Sequence record: SRR31156797_18266
Length of the DNA: 33,497 nt
Reading direction: 5' to 3' (one strand)
Both the position numbers and the translations under genes were made by a program. The notes below the pieces were generated by a model. It did not search any database. It had not been told where the DNA came from and saw nothing but the letters and a program-made list of their open reading frames with translations. This document shows, in pieces, positions 9,114 through 17,492 of the stretch; position 1 is the first letter of the stretch, and each line of letters opens with the position of its first letter.

Positions 9114-9839
9114 TTAGCGGCTGCGGGGGCAGAATCGTTCCCACCCCATCAAATGGGCGGCGCCCGCAACGGTGGTCCCGTAAAAAATGATCGGTTTTTT
9201 CCCCAATAGGGGCGTGATGGTGCCGTTGGCCAGGACGGTTCCCGTGGCCAGGACCAGGTCGGCCCAGTTGACGGCGTCATCGGTTTTTTCGGCGCCCTCG
9301 ATGGTTGTCCCGAATTTTTGGGCACCGATGTTGTCCGGATCCATGTCCAGAACCCGCAATGGGTGCGCCCGGCTCAGGTTTTCGATCATTCGCGGTTGGA
9401 AACCCACCTGGACGATTTTAGCGCCGTTGTAGCGATCTTTCAGGTAAGGAACCAGGGCTTTTCCACATTCCACAGGCTCCTCGTCACGACAATGGATGGA
9501 TCCCTCAATGCGGCCCAAACACCGCAATACCGCATTGAGGGAGGCCACGAATACGGCCCGCTGGTGGTTGTTTTCCATGGGGAGTTGCAGGACCTGTTCA
9601 AGGGTTCCCTCGTAATCGCCGTACATGTCCGTAAATGCCTGACCTCCGGCTCCCCTGAAAGTTGCCTGCATCAGTTTTTCTTTACCCTTTTGGATGGGAA
9701 AATCCTGATGTTCGGGACTACCGATGGCCTCTTGGGTACTGAGGGCCCGAGCCCGAATCTCTATTTTCTCGGTGAGAAGCCCTTCCGCTTTCCACAAATC
9801 AAAAACGCGTTCTTTCAACTGTCCGTATATGGTGTTCAT
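9114..9839 (-). CDS. DUF364-like Rossmann-fold protein (putative metal-chelation domain)
   Basis: EAIG.P...DFPI.KGKE.LMQA.F.G..GQAFTD, RAVFVASLNA, IHCRD..P..C, LATGTVLANGTI. Family assigned from memory. Confidence 0.7.
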   Translation of the reverse strand: MNTIYGQLKERVFDLWKAEGLLTEKIEIRARALSTQEAIGSPEHQDFPIQKGKEKLMQATFRGAGGQAFTDMYGDYEGTLEQVLQLPMENNHQRAVFVASLNAVLRCLGRIEGSIHCRDEEPVECGKALVPYLKDRYNGAKIVQVGFQPRMIENLSRAHPLRVLDMDPDNIGAQKFGTTIEGAEKTDDAVNWADLVLATGTVLANGTITPLLGKKPIIFYGTTVAGAAHLMGWERFCPRSR

Positions 9840-9844
9840 TTCAT

Positions 9845-10375
9845 CTAACTCCTCAATTTAGCAAAAAAAGCGGCCTCTTTTTTCAACCAGTCAAGCCATC
9901 CCTTAAGTGTCGAAATCCTGAAACCGAAAACCAACCGCTTGTAATCGTCTTCTTCCGCCCGTCTCCTCTCCGTCAGACGATTTTGGAACCGTTCTAAAAG
10001 ATCAATCTGAGAATTCACCAGGGCGCCTCCCCCCTGAAGACCCAGATGATGAAAAAAATAGAGTTTGGCCAAAAATTCAATACGCAAATCCCGCGCATGG
10101 TCCGTTGGATTTTTCAACCATTGCAAAAAACGCTTCCTGCCCGCGGGCAATATGGAAAAAACCCGTTTGGAGGGTCGCGCATCCTGGGTTTCGAGGGTTG
10201 AATTTACCAACCCTTCCTTATCCAGGCGTTTTAAGAGCACGTACAGTTGGCTCGTACTGACACGCCAGGCCGGTCCCAGGCCGGTCTCCAGGAATTGGAG
10301 TATTTCATAACCGTGCCGGGACCCCGACATCAAAGCCCCAAGCAGGGCATACTCCGTGGCAGGCTTGTCTTTCAT
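9845..10375 (-). CDS. PadR-family transcriptional regulator with C-terminal Vir_act_alpha-like domain
   Basis: ALLGAL...RHGYEI, SQLYVLLKRL..EGLV, RPSKRVFSI..AGR. Start uncertain (10375 with an AGGGGG SD, or 10402/10405). Confidence 0.9.
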   Translation of the reverse strand: MKDKPATEYALLGALMSGSRHGYEILQFLETGLGPAWRVSTSQLYVLLKRLDKEGLVNSTLETQDARPSKRVFSILPAGRKRFLQWLKNPTDHARDLRIEFLAKLYFFHHLGLQGGGALVNSQIDLLERFQNRLTERRRAEEDDYKRLVFGFRISTLKGWLDWLKKEAAFFAKLRS

Positions 10376-10448
10376 GGCCCCCCTTTGCTTTTCGTCAATC
10401 ATCAAGGAATCAGGTGAAAAAAATGGACCTTAGGGTTCACGAAAAACC

Positions 10449-10489
10449 TATTCCACAACAGAATATTCCAAAATGATTCATTTCGTCAA
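10449..10489 (-). promoter_or_regulatory. Candidate promoter of the padR-mod operon with an overlapping inverted repeat
   Basis: Minus-strand TTGACG (10489-10484), 18 bp spacer, TATTCT (10465-10460); inverted repeat TATTC-N7-GAATA (10449-10465) overlaps the -10. Confidence 0.45.
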
Positions 10490-10619
10490 GGAAAAAAGAT
10501 CCCATTTACCATCTATTTCAAAAGCACATTGACTTTTGTTTCGGTTGATGCAGAATGTGCAATGGGTTTAGGGCCCGGCATGGGGGAACTGAAAAATCAG
10601 CAAACAGCGGGAACGGAAC

Positions 10620-11513
10620 ATGCGCATCGGATGGACCGGAGAAATTGCCGACGGGTTTTATGTGCTGGGACATTCGGCGGCCCCCATCTATCTTCTGGAC
10701 GGCCCGGCGCCGATCCTGTTTGATGCGGGCTTTACCGGCCTGTTGCATCTATACGAAAAGGCGATCAAAGATGTTTTAGGCAAGCGGTCTCCGGCCTTTC
10801 TCTTACTGACCCATTCTCACTGGGATCATGTGGGGACAGGGGCCTATCTCAAAGAAATCTGGCCCGAGATGCTCATTGCGGGATCCCCCGAATCCTCCAA
10901 GATCCTCGCCCGCGAAGGTGCCCTTTCGCACATAAAAGCACTCAATGAAGGGGCGCTTGGGGTTCTTCGCAGTTGGGGCCTTTCGGAAATTCATGAAGGC
11001 GAATTCAGACCCTTCGCCCTCGATGTTGTCTTGGAAGATGGTCAGAGGATGGAGATCCAAAAGGATTTGACGGTTGAGGTGATTGCCGCGCCGGGCCATA
11101 CATGGGATTCCACCGCCTATTTTATTCGGGAGAAGAAGATTCTGGTGGCTGGTGAAGCAGCCGGTTGCGACGGGGTCTGTGAATTCCTGGTTGATCACGA
11201 GGCGTATGTGACGTCCATGGAGCTTCTCTCCGGACTGGACGTGGAAATACTGAGTACGTCACATAACTTTGTTTTCACGGGCCCGGATGTGAAAACCAAC
11301 ATGATCCGTGCCATGGGTCAGGTGGGTGAATACGTGGACCGGGTAAAACGATATCTGAAAGAGGAAAAAGGTGATATAGACCGCGTTTCAGCCCGTGTCA
11401 AGGTGGAGGAATGGGACCCGAAGCCGCTGCCCAAACAACCGTTGGAAGCCTATATGATGAGCACGAAAACACGCGTTAGAACCATCCGGAAGCACATGGC
11501 GGATTCCGCCTAA
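10620..11513 (+). CDS. MBL-fold metallo-hydrolase
   Basis: LFDAG, THSHWDH, APGHT, LVAGE, TSH. Confidence 0.9.
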   Translation: MRIGWTGEIADGFYVLGHSAAPIYLLDGPAPILFDAGFTGLLHLYEKAIKDVLGKRSPAFLLLTHSHWDHVGTGAYLKEIWPEMLIAGSPESSKILAREGALSHIKALNEGALGVLRSWGLSEIHEGEFRPFALDVVLEDGQRMEIQKDLTVEVIAAPGHTWDSTAYFIREKKILVAGEAAGCDGVCEFLVDHEAYVTSMELLSGLDVEILSTSHNFVFTGPDVKTNMIRAMGQVGEYVDRVKRYLKEEKGDIDRVSARVKVEEWDPKPLPKQPLEAYMMSTKTRVRTIRKHMADSA

Positions 11514-13270
11514 TGGCTTTTTTTCACCGGCTTGATGCTGCAAAAAGACCAGCGATTGCCGATGCCGCCCACCGTATTGACCCAGCCCGTAAACCGGTCC
11601 TCACGGACCCCCTCAGCCAGTTTGGGTGTGTAAAGTGGCAACCACGGCAGATCGTGCATTAAAATCTTCTGCATTTCCCAGATGAGTTGCCGACGCTTTT
11701 CACGGTCCATGGCATCAGCACTGGCATGGGCAATACGATCAAAGACAGGGTTATTGTAGCCACTGGTATTCCACCCTTTGGGTTTGTTGTTTTTTGAGAC
11801 AAAGAAATTTCTTAAATAATCCGGATCCAGCGACAGGTTTCCGTACCCCAGGACGAAAAGATCAAAAGCATGGCGGGTCTTCACCTGTTGAATGAGGGAG
11901 CCCAGGGGCATGGGTTTGGAGGTGGCGGGGATACCCAGCATTTTGAGCCATTCCTGAATCATGATTCCCACCATGGCCCTCTGGGGGTCGTAATCCGCGG
12001 GAGGCGTGAGGATGGTCACCCTTTTCATGTCACTGCCGTCCGGCAGACGCAAATCTTCACCCTGAACAACCTCACCTTGGGCATTCACCGGAGGATCTTC
12101 CCAGGTATAGCCCCCTTCCTTCAACAGGTGATGGGCCTTTCGAATCCTTTCATCCCGGCTCAACCCCTCCCCATACAGGGGCACATTTGGGTCATACCAG
12201 AAGGCGTTGCTGGAAGGCACAATGGAATCGGCCTGCAGAGCGTACCCTTGGAGAATTCTTTTCACAATGAAATGTTTATCGGTTATGAGGGCAACGGCTT
12301 TTCTGAATTGAATGTCATTGAACGGTTTTTTTCTGAGGTTGAACCCCACATAATAAAGGGCGCTTTTTTCGCTGGTGTAAATTGTAACGTTTTCATGATC
12401 CTCCAAATCCGCAAGATACCCCTGCTGCAACCCCCACCAGAACATGTCGATGCTCCCTTTCATAAGGGCCAGCACCGCAGCGTCGCTGGTGCCGAAAAAC
12501 TTAAATATAATGCCGTCGATATGGGGACCCAAACGGTATCCGGCGATCTTTTGACCTTGCCCGAAAAAGTGTTCATTTTTCTCCAGAAACACATAAGCCC
12601 CTTTATGCCACTCTTTAAGCACAAAAGGGCCGCTGCCGATGGGGTTCGTAATCTTTTGTTTCAGAACTTCCAGAAGCGGTTTTTCAAGGTCTTTCACCCG
12701 TTCCAGAATCGCTTTCCAGTATTTTTTTTGAACAATGGGCGTGGTGAGGGTCCGAGACAGAAAAATGGCCTTGGGTTCCCTGAGGGTGAATCGGACCGTA
12801 CGCTTATCCGGTGTTTCAATTTTTTGGATGAATTCCCAGCAGGATAGATATCGGGGGACCTTCAATGTTTTGATGAGTTGCCCCGTAAAAGCCACATCTT
12901 CGGATGTCAGTTGGGATCCGTCAGACCATTTTGCAGCCCTCATTTTGACAGTGTAAGTAAGCTTTTCGGGATCATACACCGGATGATCCGCAGCCAGCCA
13001 GGGTGTCAGATCCAGGTTTTTGGGCTCGCGAATATAGAGTGGCTGATATATCTGGCTCAGGACCTTGCTGGACCAGGCATCTGTGGCCAACCAGATATTG
13101 AGGGTTTTGGGTTCCTCCAGAAGACCGATTTTGATGTAGTTTTTGGCGTGGGCGCTCGGTACAGAACAAATCGGCATCAGCAGAATCGACAAAAGAAATG
13201 TCAAACAGGTGGCACAGAGCCTTCCCCTATTAGATATCATTTTTAGCATTTTCAGATAATTTTCCATCAT
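11510..13270 (-). CDS. Peptide/nickel ABC transporter substrate-binding protein (family 5)
   Basis: Signal peptide, EPKTLN, PWLA, KWSDG..LTSEDVAFT, PIGSGPF, FRKAV, GYNNPVFD. Exact start uncertain. Confidence 0.9.
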   Translation of the reverse strand: MMENYLKMLKMISNRGRLCATCLTFLLSILLMPICSVPSAHAKNYIKIGLLEEPKTLNIWLATDAWSSKVLSQIYQPLYIREPKNLDLTPWLAADHPVYDPEKLTYTVKMRAAKWSDGSQLTSEDVAFTGQLIKTLKVPRYLSCWEFIQKIETPDKRTVRFTLREPKAIFLSRTLTTPIVQKKYWKAILERVKDLEKPLLEVLKQKITNPIGSGPFVLKEWHKGAYVFLEKNEHFFGQGQKIAGYRLGPHIDGIIFKFFGTSDAAVLALMKGSIDMFWWGLQQGYLADLEDHENVTIYTSEKSALYYVGFNLRKKPFNDIQFRKAVALITDKHFIVKRILQGYALQADSIVPSSNAFWYDPNVPLYGEGLSRDERIRKAHHLLKEGGYTWEDPPVNAQGEVVQGEDLRLPDGSDMKRVTILTPPADYDPQRAMVGIMIQEWLKMLGIPATSKPMPLGSLIQQVKTRHAFDLFVLGYGNLSLDPDYLRNFFVSKNNKPKGWNTSGYNNPVFDRIAHASADAMDREKRRQLIWEMQKILMHDLPWLPLYTPKLAEGVREDRFTGWVNTVGGIGNRWSFCSIKPVKKSH

Positions 13271-13284
13271 TTCCCCCTAATATT

Positions 13285-13719
13285 TTATCGATTCGCCTCG
13301 TAATCGGTTAAATCGACGGTTGGGAATTTGAACAGAACCGAGGTACAGGTCCCTTTGACAATGACATCCAGATTACACGGCAACACTTTGCCGGTCTCAA
13401 TGCCGTATTTTATAAGGAATCTAAGTTTGGGGCGGCTTCCGTTTGTGAGCAGCAGGGGGTGGGTCTTTCCCTTAACCCGTGCATAGGTTTCCCGGGGGGT
13501 ATTTTCGGAATGAAAAAGGAACATCACATCATACCCGTCATCACCTTTTTTTACCGAGACCACCTCCGCCTTGCCTGCATATGATTCATAGCTGCAGGGA
13601 CCCCCCACGACCCGCCCGATTTCCCGGGGTTTCGTTTCCGCACAGGAAGCAACCATCAGAACGACGGAAAAAAACAGGCAGAACCGGTTCAGCACAAACG
13701 CCATGCGTCTTTTTTTCAT
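13285..13719 (-). CDS. Putative lipoprotein of unknown function
   Basis: Basic N-terminus MKKRR, hydrophobic stretch and lipobox VASC; GGAGG SD at ~13730-13734; motifs GGPCSY and KGTCT. Confidence 0.7.
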   Translation of the reverse strand: MKKRRMAFVLNRFCLFFSVVLMVASCAETKPREIGRVVGGPCSYESYAGKAEVVSVKKGDDGYDVMFLFHSENTPRETYARVKGKTHPLLLTNGSRPKLRFLIKYGIETGKVLPCNLDVIVKGTCTSVLFKFPTVDLTDYEANR

Positions 13720-13724
13720 TTGGA

Positions 13725-14978
13725 TCAAACCTCCGGAGAATCTTTTGTACCATGGCCGGGCCATGTGAATTCAATCTCCAGCAGGGAGACGTCGTCATCA
13801 AAAATCCCTTTTCCCTGCCGGGTTTTCATGGAATCGATGATCCCTTTTATGTGGGCCTGATTCTCTTTAAAAAGATCACCCACGATCCGGACAAAATCCT
13901 CCGCCATGCAGGTTTTACCGCCACAGCCGTTCACTTCATAAATACCGTCGCTGAAAATATAGAGTCGCGTAAAAGGCTTCAGCGAGAATGAAAAGCTGGG
14001 ATAATCCTTATCCGGCATGGCACCGATAATGAACCCTTCTCCCGCCAGTTTGACGGGGACGGCCGTTTCAGGCGAATCGCCGGTAATGGCAATGGCCGGG
14101 GGGTGGCCGCCGCCGGCGTAAATAATCTCACTTTTCCCTTTATGATACACCCCGTACCAGATGGTGAAAAACATATCGTTATGGTTTTCCATTTTAAAAA
14201 CCTGGTTGAGTTCAGCCAGAACCTGGGCCGGGTCCCTGAAATCCACATGACTCAGGGATTCGGACCGCAATGCATTGATAACGGATATGGACAAAAGGGC
14301 TGCCCCGATGCCGTGTCCGCATACATCCAGCAGGTACATGGCAAAATGATCCGTGTCGATCCAGTGATAGCCGAATGAATCCCCTCCAAGAGAGGTGGAT
14401 GGAATAAATTCCCAGTCCGTACGGATATCTCCCCCAAGCCTTTCGGGGAGAAGAGCGCGAACATAGGCCGCCGCCTGCTTCAACTCACTTTCGAGGGCCG
14501 CCTGGCTGGCCAAAAGGGCGTCATAGGTTTCGTTACGCTCAAGAAGGGTGATATAGGCTTTCGAATGGTAACGGATCCGGGCAATGAGTTCGATCTTGTC
14601 GGGCAACTTCACCAGGTAGTCGTTGGCGCCCCTGGCAAATGCCTCCGCCTTGGTGGCGGGATCTTCCTTGGTGGAAAGCACGATCAGCGGTATCTGGCGC
14701 GTGGCTTCGGAGGCCCTGAAAAACCGAACCAAGGTCAAGCCGTCGATGCCCGGCATAATCAAATCCTGCAAAATGAGGGTGGGGTGGATTTTTCTCGCCA
14801 TATCAAGGGCCTTTGTGGGATCCCGGCAATATTCCAGTCGGATATCCGGTTCTCCCGCCAACATGCGCCGAACCGCTTCAGCCACAATTTCCTGGTCATC
14901 CACCAGAAGCACGGTGATGGTATGTTGGGAAAAAACCGGAGGGTTTTCATTGCATTGTTGAAGGTTTTGGACTGGCAT
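13725..14978 (-). CDS. Response regulator: WspR-like REC domain fused to a SpoIIE/PP2C phosphatase (RsbU-like)
   Basis: VLLVDDQ, ILQDLIMP, GANDYLVKLPD..EL.ARIRYHS; PP2C motifs LGGD, LDVCGHG..AAL, FFTIWYG, GGGHPP, FSDG, DDDVS. Confidence 0.92.
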   Translation of the reverse strand: MPVQNLQQCNENPPVFSQHTITVLLVDDQEIVAEAVRRMLAGEPDIRLEYCRDPTKALDMARKIHPTLILQDLIMPGIDGLTLVRFFRASEATRQIPLIVLSTKEDPATKAEAFARGANDYLVKLPDKIELIARIRYHSKAYITLLERNETYDALLASQAALESELKQAAAYVRALLPERLGGDIRTDWEFIPSTSLGGDSFGYHWIDTDHFAMYLLDVCGHGIGAALLSISVINALRSESLSHVDFRDPAQVLAELNQVFKMENHNDMFFTIWYGVYHKGKSEIIYAGGGHPPAIAITGDSPETAVPVKLAGEGFIIGAMPDKDYPSFSFSLKPFTRLYIFSDGIYEVNGCGGKTCMAEDFVRIVGDLFKENQAHIKGIIDSMKTRQGKGIFDDDVSLLEIEFTWPGHGTKDSPEV

Positions 14979-15000
14979 GTTTTATTTGCTCCTGTTTCTC

Positions 15001-16467
15001 TCAGGCCGCTGCGGATTCAGACATCATACGCTCAAGAAAGGTGGTGACCGAAGGGGGAACGGAGGTCATGCTGACGTGAAAAATTGGCGGATCCTTTGAG
15101 ATACTTTTAACCACCTTAGCGTAGAGATCCGATGAGATCTCATTTTGATTAAGGTCAAAAAGGGAAATTTTCAAATTAACCAGCTTATCAGCCGAAACCT
15201 CGGCTGATATCTGGGCGGTTTTTTCGAGCAGTTTATCCACAGTCCCCCGATACCGGGTATCGCCCGCGTGTTTTCCTTCAAGTACCGTAAATTCAATGGG
15301 GATGGGACGGGGCAGATCCACCAGGGCCACATCCACCTTTTCCGGTAAAAACAGATCGTATTCACCTCTTATGCCACCCACCTCAAAAATTGTAATCGGT
15401 TTTTTAACGCCTTTGGGCATGACGTCAATCTGATCGTCAATTCTTAAGAGGTGCTGGCCGCATTCTTCCATGGTGTTTTCAGAAATGAAGATCTGACCAC
15501 CCACCGTGTAGCTTTCGATGCGTGCGGTCAGGTTTACATTACGGCCCACCACACCGTATTTCATCCGCTTTTTGGAACCGATATTGCCCACCACCAACTG
15601 GCCCGAATTGATACCGATACCCTGATGGACTTCAGGATATCCCTTCTCCCGACACTTTGCATTCACCTGTGCCATGGCAAGCTGCATCTCCACGGCGCAT
15701 GCCACTGCACGCTTGGCATCATTATCACGGAGTATGGGCGCTCCGAAAATCACAAAAATGGCATCGCCGATAAATTCGTCGATGGTTCCCTGATATTTCA
15801 AAACAATCTCGGTCATGGTTTCAAGATAAATATTGATAATCCCCACCACGTCTTCCGCGGGAAGACGCTCGCCGATTGCCGTAAATCCCCTGAGATCGGT
15901 CATCATGATGGTGACGAACCGTTTTTCACCGCCCAGGGCGGCACCTTCGGGACTTTCAAGGATAGCATCTACAATATCATCGGAGAGGTACTGGCCAAAT
16001 GTTTTTCGAATAAGCCGATTGGCTTTTTCCAGTTGGGCCTGGGCCTCATTTCTCTCCAGCAGATTAATGTAGCCCCTGCTATGGTAACGGATACGTGCCA
16101 GAATTTCCAGCCTATCCGGCAATTTCACCATATAGTCGTTGGCACCAAGGGCAAACGCTTCGGCTTTGGTCAGGGCCTCTTCCTTGCTGGAAAGAACGAT
16201 CAACGGCACTTGCCGGGTTGCGGGGTTGGCACGATAGTAGCGGACCAGGGTCAAACCGTCAATTTCCGGCATCACCAGATCCTGAAGGATGACCGTTGGT
16301 TGGATGCGGTTTGCGGTCTTGATGGCCTTGGTGGGATCCTGGCAGTAATGAAAATCGATATCATGTTCTGGCGCCAGCATACGACGAAGGGCTTCGCCGA
16401 TCATGTGCTGATCGTCAACGAGCAAAACGGTTATCCGGTGCTGGGTTAGCAAAGTTTTATCGGGCAT
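15001..16467 (-). CDS. Response regulator: WspR-like REC domain fused to a class III adenylate/guanylate cyclase plus a C-terminal extension
   Basis: VLLVDDQHMIGEA, ILQDLVMP, GANDYMVKLPD; cyclase motifs TDLRGFT, IDEFIGDAI, GIGINSG, KYGVVG.NVNLTARIE. Confidence 0.93.
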   Translation of the reverse strand: MPDKTLLTQHRITVLLVDDQHMIGEALRRMLAPEHDIDFHYCQDPTKAIKTANRIQPTVILQDLVMPEIDGLTLVRYYRANPATRQVPLIVLSSKEEALTKAEAFALGANDYMVKLPDRLEILARIRYHSRGYINLLERNEAQAQLEKANRLIRKTFGQYLSDDIVDAILESPEGAALGGEKRFVTIMMTDLRGFTAIGERLPAEDVVGIINIYLETMTEIVLKYQGTIDEFIGDAIFVIFGAPILRDNDAKRAVACAVEMQLAMAQVNAKCREKGYPEVHQGIGINSGQLVVGNIGSKKRMKYGVVGRNVNLTARIESYTVGGQIFISENTMEECGQHLLRIDDQIDVMPKGVKKPITIFEVGGIRGEYDLFLPEKVDVALVDLPRPIPIEFTVLEGKHAGDTRYRGTVDKLLEKTAQISAEVSADKLVNLKISLFDLNQNEISSDLYAKVVKSISKDPPIFHVSMTSVPPSVTTFLERMMSESAAA

Positions 16468-16480
16468 AACATATCCTCTT

Positions 16481-17488
16481 TTAAATCCGCCTCAGAATCG
16501 CCGGAGCGATCTGGTCAATGGGCAGGATTTCCGATGCCGCACCCAGATCCCGGGCCGCCTTGGGCATGCCGTAAACAACGCTGGTGGCTTCATCCTGGGC
16601 AATGGTATGCCAGCCCACACGGTGCAGCATTTTCATGCCTTCAGCCCCGTCCCTGCCCATTCCCGTCAGCAATACGGCAATACCCATTGAAGGCCAATGG
16701 GCTGCAACACTTTTGAACAACACATCCACCGAAGGACGAAAAGGGGTGGCGATCGGTTCTTTGATGTAAGCCAGGCCAAGGTTTGACGTCAAAACAAGGT
16801 GATCATTTTTTCCGGCCAGCAGAGCGGTTCCACGGGATGGATAGGCCCCCTCTTCCGCCAGGCGGATGGAAAGGGGGCTCTGTTCATCGAGCCAGCTGGC
16901 CATGCCGGCGGTAAACTCCCCGTCAACGTGCTGGGCGATGAGGATGCCGGCTCCCAGATTCGCCGGCATACGGCTCAGGATATCCGCCAGGGCTTTGGGT
17001 CCACCGGTGGAAGCGCCGATGGCAATGAGGGAGGAAACTTTTAAAGAGGATGCTCCCTTTGACTGGCGTTGCATGGGAGTCACTTGAGAAGTACAGCTGA
17101 GCTTTTCAATGATGGCAATCTTTTTCAGCAGGGCATCGCGACTTTTCCGGGCGCTTTCTCCGCTCCCCATCATGGGCGTATTAATGGCATCGAGGGCCCC
17201 ATGGCCCATGGCTTCAAAAACTTTGCCGGCATTGTCTTCCATGGTGGCGGTGACCACTAAAATGGGGCATGGTGAGGCATACATGATCCTGCGCGTTGCT
17301 TCCACGCCGTCCATGTCCGGCATGAACAGATCCATGAGAATCAAATCAGGGGTATCGGCTTCACATTTTTGAACCGCCTCTTCACCGGTTTTAGCGATCC
17401 AGGCCACCTTATGGACGGCGCTGTCCAGAACAATCCTCCTGAGAATTTCCACGGCCAGAGACAAATCATTAACAATGGCGATCCGCAT
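16481..17488 (-). CDS. cheB: Chemotaxis methylesterase response regulator CheB (WspF-like)
   Basis: MRIAIVND..LAVE.LRR (WspF-type start), GASTGGP, AQH, FRPSVDVLF, LTGMGRDGAEG, AQDEATSVVYGMP. Start at ATG 17488 with a GGAG SD. Confidence 0.93.
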   Translation of the reverse strand: MRIAIVNDLSLAVEILRRIVLDSAVHKVAWIAKTGEEAVQKCEADTPDLILMDLFMPDMDGVEATRRIMYASPCPILVVTATMEDNAGKVFEAMGHGALDAINTPMMGSGESARKSRDALLKKIAIIEKLSCTSQVTPMQRQSKGASSLKVSSLIAIGASTGGPKALADILSRMPANLGAGILIAQHVDGEFTAGMASWLDEQSPLSIRLAEEGAYPSRGTALLAGKNDHLVLTSNLGLAYIKEPIATPFRPSVDVLFKSVAAHWPSMGIAVLLTGMGRDGAEGMKMLHRVGWHTIAQDEATSVVYGMPKAARDLGAASEILPIDQIAPAILRRI

Positions 17489-17492
17489 GGTT

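Noticed and set aside
3617-10405. Selenocysteine (UGA) recoding in the yqeB/xdhC/moeA cluster
   Set aside because: All ORFs appear full length with no in-frame TGA interruption; YqeB relates to labile selenium, not Sec.
11510-13270. Family-5 SBP as a component of the chemosensory system
   Set aside because: It is co-oriented and close, but nothing in the sequence ties it to the pathway, and orphan SBPs are common.
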